Source: a virus (lineage: Duplodnaviria; Caudoviricetes). From it: a stretch of 64,000 bases of DNA. This document shows, piece after piece, positions 45,338 to 55,516 of this stretch. The stretch is taken from IMG/VR virus record IMGVR_UViG_2934051868_000003, positions 1 through 64,000 of that record, one strand, 5' to 3'. The translations under genes and the position numbers were made by a program. Under the pieces are notes generated by a model. It had not been told where the DNA came from. It did no database searches and saw only the letters and a program-made list of their open reading frames with translations. How positions within the stretch are numbered: the first letter of the stretch is position 1; each line of letters opens with the position of its first letter.

Positions 45338-45720
45338 CGGTCGCTCGCGGCGCGGAGGGCGTTGCGGAGGATGTGCAGGGCGGGGGTGCCGGGATGCTGG
45401 ACGCGTTTGACGGGGTGGCGGGCGCCGCGCCAGTGCAGTGCCTGCGCGTTCTTAGCCTCGATGACGTGAGGTCGGGTGCCCTTTTCGAGGATCAGCGAGT
45501 GCGGCGCCTTGGCGACCACCCGCACGGTGGCGGTGCGCGCCCCGGTGACCCGTTCGCGGCCGATCTTCGACCGGTATTCGTAGGAGCGGACCGGGGCGGT
45601 GACCTTCGCCCGGGTGACCACCCGGTCGGCGCGGCCTTCCAGATGCTCGTACATGAAGTCGGCGTGCATCATGCGGGTGATGCCCGCCTGATCAGCCTTG
45701 AACGTCACCTTCACTGACAC
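45334..45720 (-). CDS. HK97 gp10-like neck protein
   Basis: APV...Y...I...E.GTRPH.I...V.HPGT...LR.AL. Confidence 0.8.
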   Translation of the reverse strand: MSVKVTFKADQAGITRMMHADFMYEHLEGRADRVVTRAKVTAPVRSYEYRSKIGRERVTGARTATVRVVAKAPHSLILEKGTRPHVIEAKNAQALHWRGARHPVKRVQHPGTPALHILRNALRAASDR

Positions 45721-45736
45721 CGGAGCCTCCTCTCGG

Positions 45737-46225
45737 CTAGAGGAGCGCGTCGCCCCAGCTCGGCGCCGAAGGGAACGACCACAGCGGCATCAGGTTGTCG
45801 CCGCCCGACCCGCCGCCGCCGTTCGCTTCATCGTTCGACACGACCAGCCCGGCCAGCAGCGATTCCATGCGACGTTCCATGTCGTTCGCCCGCTGCAACG
45901 ACTGGTCGTCGTGCGGCCACGACCGCTCCACCGCTGCCGCCGCGTACAGGGTCGCGACGAGGCGGGCAGTGTCGTGGCTGGTCGTGTGCAGCGGGGTGAC
46001 CCGGGATATCACCCAGGCGATCCCGTCGGCGATGAGCCGGTCCACCGCCCACCCGGTCGGGCGGGTGTCGACGTCGAACGTCAGGTAGTAGACGTCCGCC
46101 GAACCGGTCGTGGTCGACGGCTGCTGTTTCAGGGTGCGGTGCGGCACGTAATCGGCGACGTTCTCCCGCAGCGGCGCCCACTCCGGTAGCCCACCGGGGC
46201 TGCCCGCACCAGCCGGAATCGGCAT
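45737..46225 (-). CDS. head-to-tail adaptor
   Basis: F...TRPT...V...I...AAA.VE.S motif. Confidence 0.7.
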   Translation of the reverse strand: MPIPAGAGSPGGLPEWAPLRENVADYVPHRTLKQQPSTTTGSADVYYLTFDVDTRPTGWAVDRLIADGIAWVISRVTPLHTTSHDTARLVATLYAAAAVERSWPHDDQSLQRANDMERRMESLLAGLVVSNDEANGGGGSGGDNLMPLWSFPSAPSWGDALL

Positions 46226-46237
46226 AACACCCCTCCC

Positions 46238-48943
46238 CTAGAAGGTGGTGATGATCTGGACGATGCCGTTCGCGCCGGCACCGCCCGCGCCGGAGTTGTT
46301 GCCGTTGCGGGACGCCCCACCGCCACCACCGCCGCAGCCGTACCGGCCTCCGCCGCCACCCGTACCGGCCGCGGTGGTGACGCTGGCCGCGCCGCCGCCC
46401 GCGCCGCCGCCGGGCAGCGGGGAACCGGCGGGAACGTTGCTGCCGCTGCCGGCCGCAGCCCCGTCGACCACACCCGCGCTGCCCGACCCAACGCCCTGCG
46501 CGTAGGTGAAGTAGCCCTGCGCGCCGCCGTTCGCGGCGACGTTCGAGGTGTTGATGCCACCGCCGCCGGCACCGCCGAACGCCCCGTTGACGGCGTTACC
46601 GGCGGCACCACCTGCGATGGTGTTACCGAACCCGCCGTTCGCGGTGGCCGGGGCGAGACTCGACCCGGCCTGCCCGGTCGAGTTGTTCCCGCCCCCGCCC
46701 GCTAGACCGCCGTAGGCGACGAGGAGCCCCGACACGACGCAGTTGCCGCCGGCCGTGCCCGCGCTGCCGTTCGTGTCGTCGGTTGTGACCGCCGGGCCGC
46801 CCGCCCCACCGGAGCCAACGGAGACGGTGTGGGTGGCCGACAGCGCCGACGCGGGCAGGGTGACGGTGACGATTGCCCCGCCGGCCCCGCCGCCGCCACC
46901 CGAACAGGCGGTGCCGTCCGCGCCTCGCCGGCCGGACCCGCCGCCGCCGCCCGCGCCGATAGCGGTGATCTGCACGGTGGCGGCGCCGGCCGGTTTCGTC
47001 CACGTTCCCGACGAGGTGAACGTCTGGATGTTGGGTGCCCCGCCGGACTCGGTGGAGATGCCGTTCTGGCGGACCCAGCCGCCGTTGCGCCACTCGTCGC
47101 CGTTGACCTCGTCGATGAGGACGTTGTGGGTGGCCGCCGAGTTGATGACGAACCCGGAAGCGCCGGTGCCACCGGACTCGGCGCCGCCGAGGTGCACGTA
47201 CGTGTAGTCGACGCCGGAGGCGATGGTGACGTTTTTGCCCCGGTAGCCTTTGACGCCTTCGATGCGGTTACCGGACTGGCGGACATCGATGCCGGTGTCC
47301 ATGAACGTGGTGACGTTTTGGTCGCCTGGAATGATGCCCCGAACGATGTTGCCGCCGAGGTTGAGCGCGGGCGCGGCCGACTGTAGGCGAACGTAGCTGG
47401 TGCCGGTGCCCTGCGCGCCCGACTCCATCTTCACGTCGAAGTACGTGAAGTCGCGGATGATGTTGGTGTTGCCGGCCAGGGCCAGCAACGTGCCACCGGG
47501 GCCGGGGTGCAGGTACTCGTACCACCAGGCGTCGAGGATGTTGTAGCGGGGGGCCCACGGGCTCCCCGGGATCGCCACGGTCGTCTTGTTGCTCTCGATG
47601 ATCGCCGCGCCGGACGCGCCCACATTGTTCGTCGTCGTCAGGGACCGGAAACCGAACCCGTAGAACCGGTTACCGTTGCACTCGTTGGCGTAGAAGTACG
47701 GCACGTCGTTGGCCCCGGCGTTAACGGGGGTGGTCATGACGATGCGTTCGAAGTCGCACAGGTAGACGGCGTCGCCGGGCGACTCGACGAACTCCATGCA
47801 CGGGCCGCCGGTGTGCATGATGGCGATGTCGCGGATGGTGCACGATTGCAGCGACTTGAACCGCAGACCCGCATTGTTTTTGGTGGGGTCGGCGACGTTG
47901 CTGCCTTTGATCATGACCCCGGACAGGGGCACGATCTTCGCCATGAAGTTGGAGGGGTCGACGTAGCCGGTGTAGTCGAGCACCGGCCCCGTCTGCGTCG
48001 ATGCCTTGATGACACTCGCCAGCGGCGTCGCACCGGACAGGCCCGCTCCGGCGCCGACGATCTGCACCGTCCGCCCAGCCATCGACAGGCCGTCGCCGAC
48101 GTCGATGGTCATGCCGGCGGGAATGTAGAGGACCGAGTTGTTGCCCTTCGCCTCGGCGGCGTCCATCGCGTTGATGAACGCGGCCCGGGTGCCGGGCGTG
48201 CCGAAACGGGTGTCGTTGGCGCGGACCCCGAACGTTTCGATCGCGGCGAGCTGCGCGACGCTCACCGGCTTGGCGGTGTCGGCGGTGTTATCGACGTTGC
48301 CGAGCCCCACATGGCCCTTGGTGACGCCGGAGACGGTGCCGGTGAACGTCGGGCTGGCGGTCGGGGCCTTCGCGTTCAACGCCGTCTGCGTGGCGGTGCT
48401 GATCGGCTTGCTCGCGTCGCTGGTGTTGTCGACGTTGCCCAAGCCCAGGTTCGTGCGGGCCGTCGCCGCGTTGGTGAGGTCCGCGAGGTTCGACGCCTTC
48501 TGCGACGCGCCGGTGATCCGGGCGTCGTCCCCGGCGGCGACTGTGCCCGCGGTCGTGCCGACACTACGGCTCGCCGCTGACCCCAGCCCGCCCACCACAC
48601 CGGCCGCGTAGCTGGCCTGCGCGGCGGCGGTGTTGATCCGCGCGTTGTAGTCGGCGTGCACCACCGACGGGACACCGTTGACGACCACCCACAGCTTCTC
48701 GGTGCCGTCGGCCGGCCCCCAGTAGTCGGGTTGCTCCCCGTACGCGTTGAGGGTCACCCAGCGGCGGCCGTCCTCATCCAGCGGCACCGGCGGGCCGAGA
48801 ACGCCATCGACGTCGTAGTACACCTCCGCCGGGGTGGTGAGAGAGTCGTCGGCGTACAGGTAGGCGCGGGCGTTGACGGCGGGCTTGCCGGACGGCAGGA
48901 GCACGTAGCGGGTGCCGGTGTCGGGGAAACGCAGCGACGGCAC
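46238..48943 (-). CDS. Fibre/spike protein with pectate-lyase-like beta-helix and Gly-rich C-terminus
   Basis: GLGNVDNT.D..KP.S repeats, LYIPAG...I.GAG beta-helix entry, FTSSGTWTKP Gly-rich domain. Confidence 0.8.
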   Translation of the reverse strand: MPSLRFPDTGTRYVLLPSGKPAVNARAYLYADDSLTTPAEVYYDVDGVLGPPVPLDEDGRRWVTLNAYGEQPDYWGPADGTEKLWVVVNGVPSVVHADYNARINTAAAQASYAAGVVGGLGSAASRSVGTTAGTVAAGDDARITGASQKASNLADLTNAATARTNLGLGNVDNTSDASKPISTATQTALNAKAPTASPTFTGTVSGVTKGHVGLGNVDNTADTAKPVSVAQLAAIETFGVRANDTRFGTPGTRAAFINAMDAAEAKGNNSVLYIPAGMTIDVGDGLSMAGRTVQIVGAGAGLSGATPLASVIKASTQTGPVLDYTGYVDPSNFMAKIVPLSGVMIKGSNVADPTKNNAGLRFKSLQSCTIRDIAIMHTGGPCMEFVESPGDAVYLCDFERIVMTTPVNAGANDVPYFYANECNGNRFYGFGFRSLTTTNNVGASGAAIIESNKTTVAIPGSPWAPRYNILDAWWYEYLHPGPGGTLLALAGNTNIIRDFTYFDVKMESGAQGTGTSYVRLQSAAPALNLGGNIVRGIIPGDQNVTTFMDTGIDVRQSGNRIEGVKGYRGKNVTIASGVDYTYVHLGGAESGGTGASGFVINSAATHNVLIDEVNGDEWRNGGWVRQNGISTESGGAPNIQTFTSSGTWTKPAGAATVQITAIGAGGGGGSGRRGADGTACSGGGGGAGGAIVTVTLPASALSATHTVSVGSGGAGGPAVTTDDTNGSAGTAGGNCVVSGLLVAYGGLAGGGGNNSTGQAGSSLAPATANGGFGNTIAGGAAGNAVNGAFGGAGGGGINTSNVAANGGAQGYFTYAQGVGSGSAGVVDGAAAGSGSNVPAGSPLPGGGAGGGAASVTTAAGTGGGGGRYGCGGGGGGASRNGNNSGAGGAGANGIVQIITTF

Positions 48944-48977
48944 AGGGAACCTCCCCCAGGGGTGGGTCGAAGAAATT

Positions 48978-49553
48978 TCAGGAGAGGGCGATCCACCACT
49001 CGAACACCGACGCGGTTTGCGCGCCGAGCGTGGCCGGTGCGGTGGTGGTCAGGCCGGTGTTCGCCGACGCCATGTCGAAGTTCGGCGCGGACAGGCCAAC
49101 GTTGGTGAGCGCCGCGCTGACCGTGCCGGAACGGACGATCGCCGGACCGGTCGTGCCGTTGAACCACAACCCGACGTAGTAGTCCCCGCCGGTGACCTGG
49201 TAGGGCCCGCCGGCGAGGGGCATGACTTTCAGACCGATGCTGGCCCACGCGGTCGACTGGTCGCCGGTCTGCGCGACGAGGGCACCGGCGGCGGTGTAGA
49301 GGGCCGCGAAACACTGCCCGGCTGTGAGCGACGATCCCGCCACCGTGAGGAACGTGACGATGTTCGTTACCTGACCGGCCGGTACGCGACGCAGCCTGCG
49401 TAGTTGCAGCGTTCCGGCGGGTGCGAGCGCTGACCCGGCGACGAGCACGTGCGGGGGCTGCGTCCATGCCAGCCAGCCGCGGTCGGCGGGTACCTGCGCC
49501 TGGTAGACGCCGCTGCCGCTGCCGCCGTAGAAGGCGCGGGCTGCCACCGTCAC
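48978..49553 (-). CDS. virion-associated protein
   Basis: GTGA coupling; GWLAWT..P...YYVGLWFNGTT.P. Confidence 0.7.
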   Translation of the reverse strand: MTVAARAFYGGSGSGVYQAQVPADRGWLAWTQPPHVLVAGSALAPAGTLQLRRLRRVPAGQVTNIVTFLTVAGSSLTAGQCFAALYTAAGALVAQTGDQSTAWASIGLKVMPLAGGPYQVTGGDYYVGLWFNGTTGPAIVRSGTVSAALTNVGLSAPNFDMASANTGLTTTAPATLGAQTASVFEWWIALS

Positions 49554-50623
49554 CACGCCCTGACGGACACGGTGGGGGTACCAGCCGACTTGACGCGCAC
49601 GACCGTGTTGCCGGTGGTGGCGTCCCGCACTTCGAGGGATGAGATCGCGGCGGGCAGCACGTAGCAGCCGTCCCCGCCCACAGTGGCGGCGGTGTTGTCG
49701 GTGGTGAAGTAGACGGCGGCGGCGCCGTCCACGTTTAGGACTTCCACCCATCCGTAGTTGCCGTCGAAGGTGAACGTCTTCTCGGTGTTCGCGGCGAGCG
49801 TGTAATGCTGCACGGGCAGGGCCACCGCCGCCTCCCATCCCGGTGTCGGGGCGACAGCCCAGCTTGTAGTGACAGAACCTTGGGTCTGCTGCCGCACACC
49901 CCAGGTGGTGGCGGTCGAGCCGGTTGCGGTGGCGGCGACATTCCAGGTGGTCGCGACGGCGCCGGTGACGGTAGAGCTGGCGGAGGTGACCTCGACCAGC
50001 AGGCCGACCATGGAGGCGGGCTGGTCGGCGGTGACCTGCTCCCCGCCGTACGCGCCGGCGGTGCTGACGGTGCGGTAGGCGACACCCATCCGCACATTCG
50101 CTGACCCGGTGGACCGGGACGTCGCCTGATCGGGTGGGGTGGTGTACACGCCGTCCCAGCCCAACGAGCCCGGAATCGTGCCCGACGAGACGCGGGCGTG
50201 CGCCGCAGCCACCAACGCCGACCCGGCCCCAACCCCGGCCAGGGAGGCGAGGGTGAGCGGTGACGCGGCGGCCGTGGACGGGACCGCCTGGGCGATCGTT
50301 CCGGCGCCCCGCCAACACGACATCGACCAGCCGCCCGTCACCGACCCGGACAGGCCGAGACTGAACCCGCCATCCCCGGATTGCAGGACCCGCGTCCACG
50401 CGTACAGGCGCGAGCTGGAGCCTTCATTCACCGGCCAGGTGACCCCGTCGAGGAGGTCCCAGCCGGTGGGGGTGGTCGCCGTCAACGACCCGCCGGAAAT
50501 GTGCACCACCAGCAGGGCGCGGTCCCCGGCCTGCCAACCAGACGGCAGGGTGATCGTGAACGTGGTGGAGGTGGCCGTACCGGTGTTGTCGGCGGTGGGG
50601 GCGCCGACGATGGCTACAGGCAT
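49550..50623 (-). CDS. virion-associated beta-rich protein
   Basis: GGAGG RBS; LPSGWQAGD...TPTGW motif. Confidence 0.72.
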   Translation of the reverse strand: MPVAIVGAPTADNTGTATSTTFTITLPSGWQAGDRALLVVHISGGSLTATTPTGWDLLDGVTWPVNEGSSSRLYAWTRVLQSGDGGFSLGLSGSVTGGWSMSCWRGAGTIAQAVPSTAAASPLTLASLAGVGAGSALVAAAHARVSSGTIPGSLGWDGVYTTPPDQATSRSTGSANVRMGVAYRTVSTAGAYGGEQVTADQPASMVGLLVEVTSASSTVTGAVATTWNVAATATGSTATTWGVRQQTQGSVTTSWAVAPTPGWEAAVALPVQHYTLAANTEKTFTFDGNYGWVEVLNVDGAAAVYFTTDNTAATVGGDGCYVLPAAISSLEVRDATTGNTVVRVKSAGTPTVSVRAW

Positions 50624-50657
50624 CAGCGGTCACCTCCGCGCCGCAGGTGTGGTTCGG

Positions 50658-51191
50658 CTAGAGGGTGTCGCCGGACCAGGCGAGGGTCACCCCGTCGGAG
50701 GCGAGCGGGGACGACGCGGCGGCGGTGCGGCGCACCCAAAACGCCCGCACCTGCCCCGCCCCGATGTCGCCGAGGCTGATACCCGCGCCGGCGGTGGTCG
50801 GGGATGTGAACGTCACACCGGCCGGGGCGGTCGTCGCCGACGCCACCGTGACCGCCTGGACGGAGGACGCCCCGACAGCGGACGCCGCCGTGCCATCCAC
50901 ACCCACCGCGATCGACGTGCCACCGGCAACCTCCCCCGACAGGTACACGCGTGCGCCCTGCAACGTCAGCGTGGCGTGGGTGTTGTGGAGGAACACGCAC
51001 GCGTAGTCGACCTGCGAGGCGGCGTTCTGGGCCCCGGTGACGTCGGGGAACAGGGTGTTCGCCCCCGCCGTGACTTCCGTGGTGGCTACGTATTTGCCGA
51101 GGGACGCGCCCACCGCTCCGGCGAGGGTGTTACCGGCGCTGCCCGCAGTCGTGGACAGTTTCAGGCGCACATCAGACGCCACGATCGGCAT
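50658..51191 (-). CDS. virion structural protein
   Basis: SLGKY...N.LFPDVTG..N...DY.C.F..N...W.RRT motif. Confidence 0.78.
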   Translation of the reverse strand: MPIVASDVRLKLSTTAGSAGNTLAGAVGASLGKYVATTEVTAGANTLFPDVTGAQNAASQVDYACVFLHNTHATLTLQGARVYLSGEVAGGTSIAVGVDGTAASAVGASSVQAVTVASATTAPAGVTFTSPTTAGAGISLGDIGAGQVRAFWVRRTAAASSPLASDGVTLAWSGDTL

Positions 51192-51266
51192 CGCAGCTCA
51201 CCACCTCACGCGGGTAGAGGAGGAATGGCCTGGCCGCTCGGGAGGAGACGGCCAGGCCACACCCGG

Positions 51267-51842
51267 TCAGGACTGGCGAGACTTCACCATCGTGAGGAGA
51301 TCCGACTTCTCGGCCTTCGCCACGTCGTCGTAGTTCGAGCCCTGGCCCACCAGGTACTCCACCAGCACGTCCTTCGACGCCCGCCCGTCCGGGGCAGCGC
51401 CGTCGAGAGCGGCCAGCTTCTCCTGAGCCGCGGCCCGTCGCGCCGCGACATCAGCGGCGGCCTTGTCCCGCGCCGCCTGCTCACCGCTCGGGTCGGCGGC
51501 CTTGTCGATCCGGCCCTCCTCGGACACCACCTCGGCGACCTTCTCGGCGACATCCGACGACGGACCGTCCGGGTCTGCCGGCTTCTCGCCGCGCAGCTCG
51601 CCCTCGGTCACCGAGTCGGCGCCCCGCCGCGGATCCTGGGCCACGGCAGCGTTCGGGGCCACCGCCACCTCACCCTCCGCGGCGACAAACCCGCCGTCGA
51701 GCAGGAACTTCAGCCGCTCCGGCTCCACATCGGCGGGCAGGAACGCCCCCTTGTACAGCAGCACCTGCGAGCGGACACCCGTCGTCGAGGTGACGACGTG
51801 CGCGCACTCGGCGATCACCTGAAACCGCTTCGACTCGGTCAT
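51267..51842 (-). CDS. capsid-adjacent protein with C-terminal helical motif
   Basis: Follows capsid gene; ASK..LVEY...K.DL. Confidence 0.72.
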   Translation of the reverse strand: MTESKRFQVIAECAHVVTSTTGVRSQVLLYKGAFLPADVEPERLKFLLDGGFVAAEGEVAVAPNAAVAQDPRRGADSVTEGELRGEKPADPDGPSSDVAEKVAEVVSEEGRIDKAADPSGEQAARDKAAADVAARRAAAQEKLAALDGAAPDGRASKDVLVEYLVGQGSNYDDVAKAEKSDLLTMVKSRQS

Positions 51843-51844
51843 GA

Positions 51845-52783
51845 TCAGGTCCCCGAGATCTTCCGGCCCGCCAGCGGGTCCGTGATCACCGGCACGGTGA
51901 TGCGACGCGCCCACATGTGCCACACGTCCCGCTCCGCGACCCGGCGGGTCTGCACCTGCACGCCGTTCTCCGCCGTCGCATACCCGGGGTCCAGCTCGGT
52001 TTCGTCAGCCATGCCACCGAGGGCCTGCGAGTCGAGGACGTACACGTCGTCGGCGCCACCGGGCATGTTCGCCAGCGGGGTGGTCAGCACCTTCAGACCG
52101 GCGATCTTTTCGATCTCGCCCCCGTAAACGGGGTTGTCGGACGTCTCCCGCCGCCGCAGGGTGGCGATCTTGTCGTCGGACACCATGTACGCGTACTTGG
52201 TGTTCGTCATCAGGATCGTGTCGGCCTTGTAGCCCATCTCCTGCCCGTCCACCGCCGCCTTGGCAAGCTCGATGTCCCGCAGGATCCCGGCGCCGGAGTT
52301 GTTCCACGCCGCAGGGGCGTTGATCGGGGTGGCGGTGATACCGGAGGCGACGGCGGCGATGGCCAGCCGGTCGATCTTCTGCACGACCGTGTTGATGACG
52401 ATGCGCAGCGCCCAGTCCACGGCCGAACCCATCGGCACGCTGCGCTTGATGCGCTCGTCGGTCAGCTCGGTGGCCTGACCCCACTTGCTGACGTTCGCCA
52501 GCGCGGCGGTGCCGGACTGGGGCAGTGCCCGCGGGTACTCCGAACCCGGCGACACAGCGGTGATGCTGCGGTTGGTGAACAGCGGCTGGTCGTTGATCTC
52601 GTAGCTGACGGCGCCGCCGGAGGTGCGGTACTTCGCCAGGAGCAGCCGGTCGGCGATGAACTGGATGTCTTCGAGCTGCCGCAGCCGACGCTGGATGACG
52701 TTCGGGTTGGCGAGCATCCGGTTGATGGTGATCAGGTCACCCGACAGGCTCGCGGGAGCCGGCGGGTACGTCTGGAGAGGCAT
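51845..52783 (-). CDS. major capsid protein
   Basis: V.PGSEYP, KWG, P..TDPLA motifs; position. Confidence 0.9.
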   Translation of the reverse strand: MPLQTYPPAPASLSGDLITINRMLANPNVIQRRLRQLEDIQFIADRLLLAKYRTSGGAVSYEINDQPLFTNRSITAVSPGSEYPRALPQSGTAALANVSKWGQATELTDERIKRSVPMGSAVDWALRIVINTVVQKIDRLAIAAVASGITATPINAPAAWNNSGAGILRDIELAKAAVDGQEMGYKADTILMTNTKYAYMVSDDKIATLRRRETSDNPVYGGEIEKIAGLKVLTTPLANMPGGADDVYVLDSQALGGMADETELDPGYATAENGVQVQTRRVAERDVWHMWARRITVPVITDPLAGRKISGT

Positions 52784-52890
52784 CAGCCTGTCCCCTTTCG
52801 CCCTGCGTTTGGGCATGAAAAAACCCCGCACGCAGGGCGCCGGGGGTGACTGTCTTCGAGGGTGTTACGGGGTGGTGCGGGGAAAGCGGG

Positions 52891-53259
52891 TCAGCATTCC
52901 ATCCACGTGACCAGCGCCGTGTCGGCGGCGGTGGTCAGGGCGATACCGACGTTGCCGACACCGGCGGTGGCGGAGGCGACGGTGCCGTTCGCGGCGGCGT
53001 TGAGCCGGGCGGCGGCGGTGATCGCACCGGCGGCGGTGGACACGTGGACCTGCCCGCGGCCGTGGTAGGTGACGTTCGCGCCCGAGGCGGCGTCGTGGGC
53101 GGCGACACCGACCACGGCGTTGCTGTCGGCGGTGGCGTGCCCGACGGTGCCGTTGCCGGTCACCATCAGCAGACGGCCGCCGGTCACGGCGGCGGAGGTG
53201 ACCCCGGTGATGACGTCACCGGGCATGTACAGCGGCGCGTAGTCGGCCATGTCAGGCAC
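52891..53259 (-). CDS. capsid decoration/cement protein (DUF2190-like)
   Basis: VTGG.L...VGVAAHDAASG...GIALTTA. Confidence 0.82.
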   Translation of the reverse strand: MPDMADYAPLYMPGDVITGVTSAAVTGGRLLMVTGNGTVGHATADSNAVVGVAAHDAASGANVTYHGRGQVHVSTAAGAITAAARLNAAANGTVASATAGVGNVGIALTTAADTALVTWMEC

Positions 53260-55516
53260 CCGCCTTCTCGGTGTTGAACAGACGCTCGTACTCGGCGTCG
53301 ATCGGGTCCGGGCCGGCGGTCTCGGCGTCGCCGGTGTAGCCGGACGCGGCGACCGGAACCGCCGTGTTCGGGGCGATCGACGCCAGGATCTCCGTGATGA
53401 CCTCGGGAGCCTTGTCGTAGCGGGCCTCCCAGCCGTCCCGGTCGGCCGGCTTCAGCTTCCCGTCGCGGACGGCACCGTCGAACAGGGCCTTCTTCGCGTC
53501 GGCGGCGGCCGAGGCGTTGATGCGGGCGAGTTCGCCGGACAGGCGGGCGATCTCGTTCTTCATCTCGTCGCGGTCGGCCGCGGACGCGTTGACCTGCTCG
53601 GCGGTGTGGTCGGCCTTGGACTGGAGGTCGGCGAGCGCGGCCAGCACGGCGGCGTCGTCGGCGTCAGTCGGGAGGCCGAGCCGCGAGCGCACATCGGTGC
53701 TCAGAGTGGACACGTGGTCCTCTCCCTTCGGTTCGGTGGATGGTGCGTTGTCCGGCTCGGCGGCCGGGGGTACAGGGATGCCCCCGTCGGTTTCGGCGGG
53801 GGCGTCGGGGGTGGCGTCCGGCTGGGCGGTGGGCTCCGGCTCGGGTGCGGGCGGTGGCGGCGGCTCGGGCCGTGACTCTTCCCGCGACGCGTACGTGGCG
53901 ACGGACGCGGCAACCTTGTCGGCGGGCACGTAGTCCAGGGCGACCGGGGCGGGCTGCCCGAATGTCACCTGATCGCCGTCGAGGGTGACGGGCACCAGAT
54001 AGGTGGCGCGGTCGGTGTCATCCATGACGATCACGTCGGAGGCGCGTACCTGCACGATGTACTGCTGCACGGGGGCGGTGGCGTTCCACGCCTGCTTGAT
54101 CCGGTCCGCCACATCCGGCTTCGGGTTGGGCATTGTCTCTCCTTCGAGGTGGCCGGCGGACGCTGCGGTCTTGCGGTGCCGCCGGTCGCCGGGCCAGTAG
54201 CCGAACACCCGGTGAAACCATGCCGAAGCTATTCGCTTCGCCCGCTCGGAGCCGACGTGGCGTCGCAGAATGCGGTACAGGGCCGACCAGGGGTGAGCTT
54301 TCTTCGCCCACCGGGCAAGGCCCTTCGGGTTGCGGGTGAAAAACTCCCGCAGGTTGTTCTCGTCGCCCGCAGCCGCAGCGACCGCCGCCTCAACCTCGGC
54401 GTCCTCGGGCTCGTCGTCGACCGGATCCGGATCGCCGATGAGCGGAATGTCAATGCGCTGGCCGCCGAAGGCGATCCGCAGCCGGTCGAACCGCACAGGC
54501 CCGGTCCGGTCCGTCATCGCACGGAACCGGTCAAGGTCGTCGGTGTACGCCAGCGTGGCGTGAGCGTGCCACGGAGCGTGCTGCTGCGGCGTGGCCACGT
54601 CTGCGTAGTTGAGGGCGTCGCCCACCAGGGTGTGCACGGCGTCGAGTAGGTCGCCGCCCATGAGCAGGACCACACACGAGTCGCGGTCCTTGCCGTCAGG
54701 CTGCCCGGCTCCGGGCGGGTTGAACAGGCCGAGCCCGAATCCCTCGGCGTCCACCGCGGGGAAGCCGTTGACGGCCGATGAGACGGCGTCGATGATGTCC
54801 TGCCGGGCCGCGTCGGACAGGTCGACGGCGTCGCCGAGGTAGGCGAGCGTGACGTGTAGTTCGTCGGCCGGTTCGCCGCCCTCAACGGCGAGCCGTTCGG
54901 CGTCCTCGGCGCGGGGGATCAGCGCGACCATCGCACCCGTGTGCTCGACCTGATCGGACGGCTCGGCGGCGGTCACCCGAGCGGAGATTCGCACCTCACC
55001 GTCCTGCGGCCCGTCATCACCCGACGCGGCCAGCCCGTACAGGGCGCGAACATCATCCAGGGACTGCAACGACCGCAGCGTCCCCACACCCGGCCGGGTC
55101 ACCCCCAGCAGCGCCACCCCGTCCAGGATGAACGGGTGCGTGTGCCCGAGCTGGCAGCGCCGGTTGTAGGCGCCCTCGATGGACCGGTCCGGGTAGGCGG
55201 ACGCCATCACCTGGTCCAGCCACGCCGGCACACCCACGTAGTCGCCGATCAGCGTGTGACCGCCATCGGCGAGACGCATGTTCTCGATCCAGCCGATGGT
55301 GGGCTCCCCGTCCCCGCCGCGGGGGGTGAACCGCTCGTCGGTGTGGCCGATCCATAGCACCGGCCGGCGAACAGCCGGACAGTGAGAAGCGGCGACAGCG
55401 GCAGCGAGGTCGGCGGGGGACGCGTCCCAGCGGCCGGTGGACAGTGCCCACGATCCGGCGCGCACCAACTCCACGCCGTTGCGGCGGGCGAGCACGGCAG
55501 ACTCCGGCACCGTCAT
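53252..55516 (-). CDS. Capsid maturation protease fused to 2H phosphoesterase and scaffold domains
   Basis: GH...GEP.IGWI...YPDRSIEG...ALLG..RPGV protease; LHVTL and AHATL 2H motifs; coiled-coil scaffold C-terminus. Confidence 0.85.
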   Translation of the reverse strand: MTVPESAVLARRNGVELVRAGSWALSTGRWDASPADLAAAVAASHCPAVRRPVLWIGHTDERFTPRGGDGEPTIGWIENMRLADGGHTLIGDYVGVPAWLDQVMASAYPDRSIEGAYNRRCQLGHTHPFILDGVALLGVTRPGVGTLRSLQSLDDVRALYGLAASGDDGPQDGEVRISARVTAAEPSDQVEHTGAMVALIPRAEDAERLAVEGGEPADELHVTLAYLGDAVDLSDAARQDIIDAVSSAVNGFPAVDAEGFGLGLFNPPGAGQPDGKDRDSCVVLLMGGDLLDAVHTLVGDALNYADVATPQQHAPWHAHATLAYTDDLDRFRAMTDRTGPVRFDRLRIAFGGQRIDIPLIGDPDPVDDEPEDAEVEAAVAAAAGDENNLREFFTRNPKGLARWAKKAHPWSALYRILRRHVGSERAKRIASAWFHRVFGYWPGDRRHRKTAASAGHLEGETMPNPKPDVADRIKQAWNATAPVQQYIVQVRASDVIVMDDTDRATYLVPVTLDGDQVTFGQPAPVALDYVPADKVAASVATYASREESRPEPPPPPAPEPEPTAQPDATPDAPAETDGGIPVPPAAEPDNAPSTEPKGEDHVSTLSTDVRSRLGLPTDADDAAVLAALADLQSKADHTAEQVNASAADRDEMKNEIARLSGELARINASAAADAKKALFDGAVRDGKLKPADRDGWEARYDKAPEVITEILASIAPNTAVPVAASGYTGDAETAGPDPIDAEYERLFNTEKAGA

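Noticed and set aside
46238-47050. Gly-rich region as PE-PGRS or collagen
   Set aside because: No PE domain or Gly-X-Y period; fits the glycine-rich domain of phage fibre proteins
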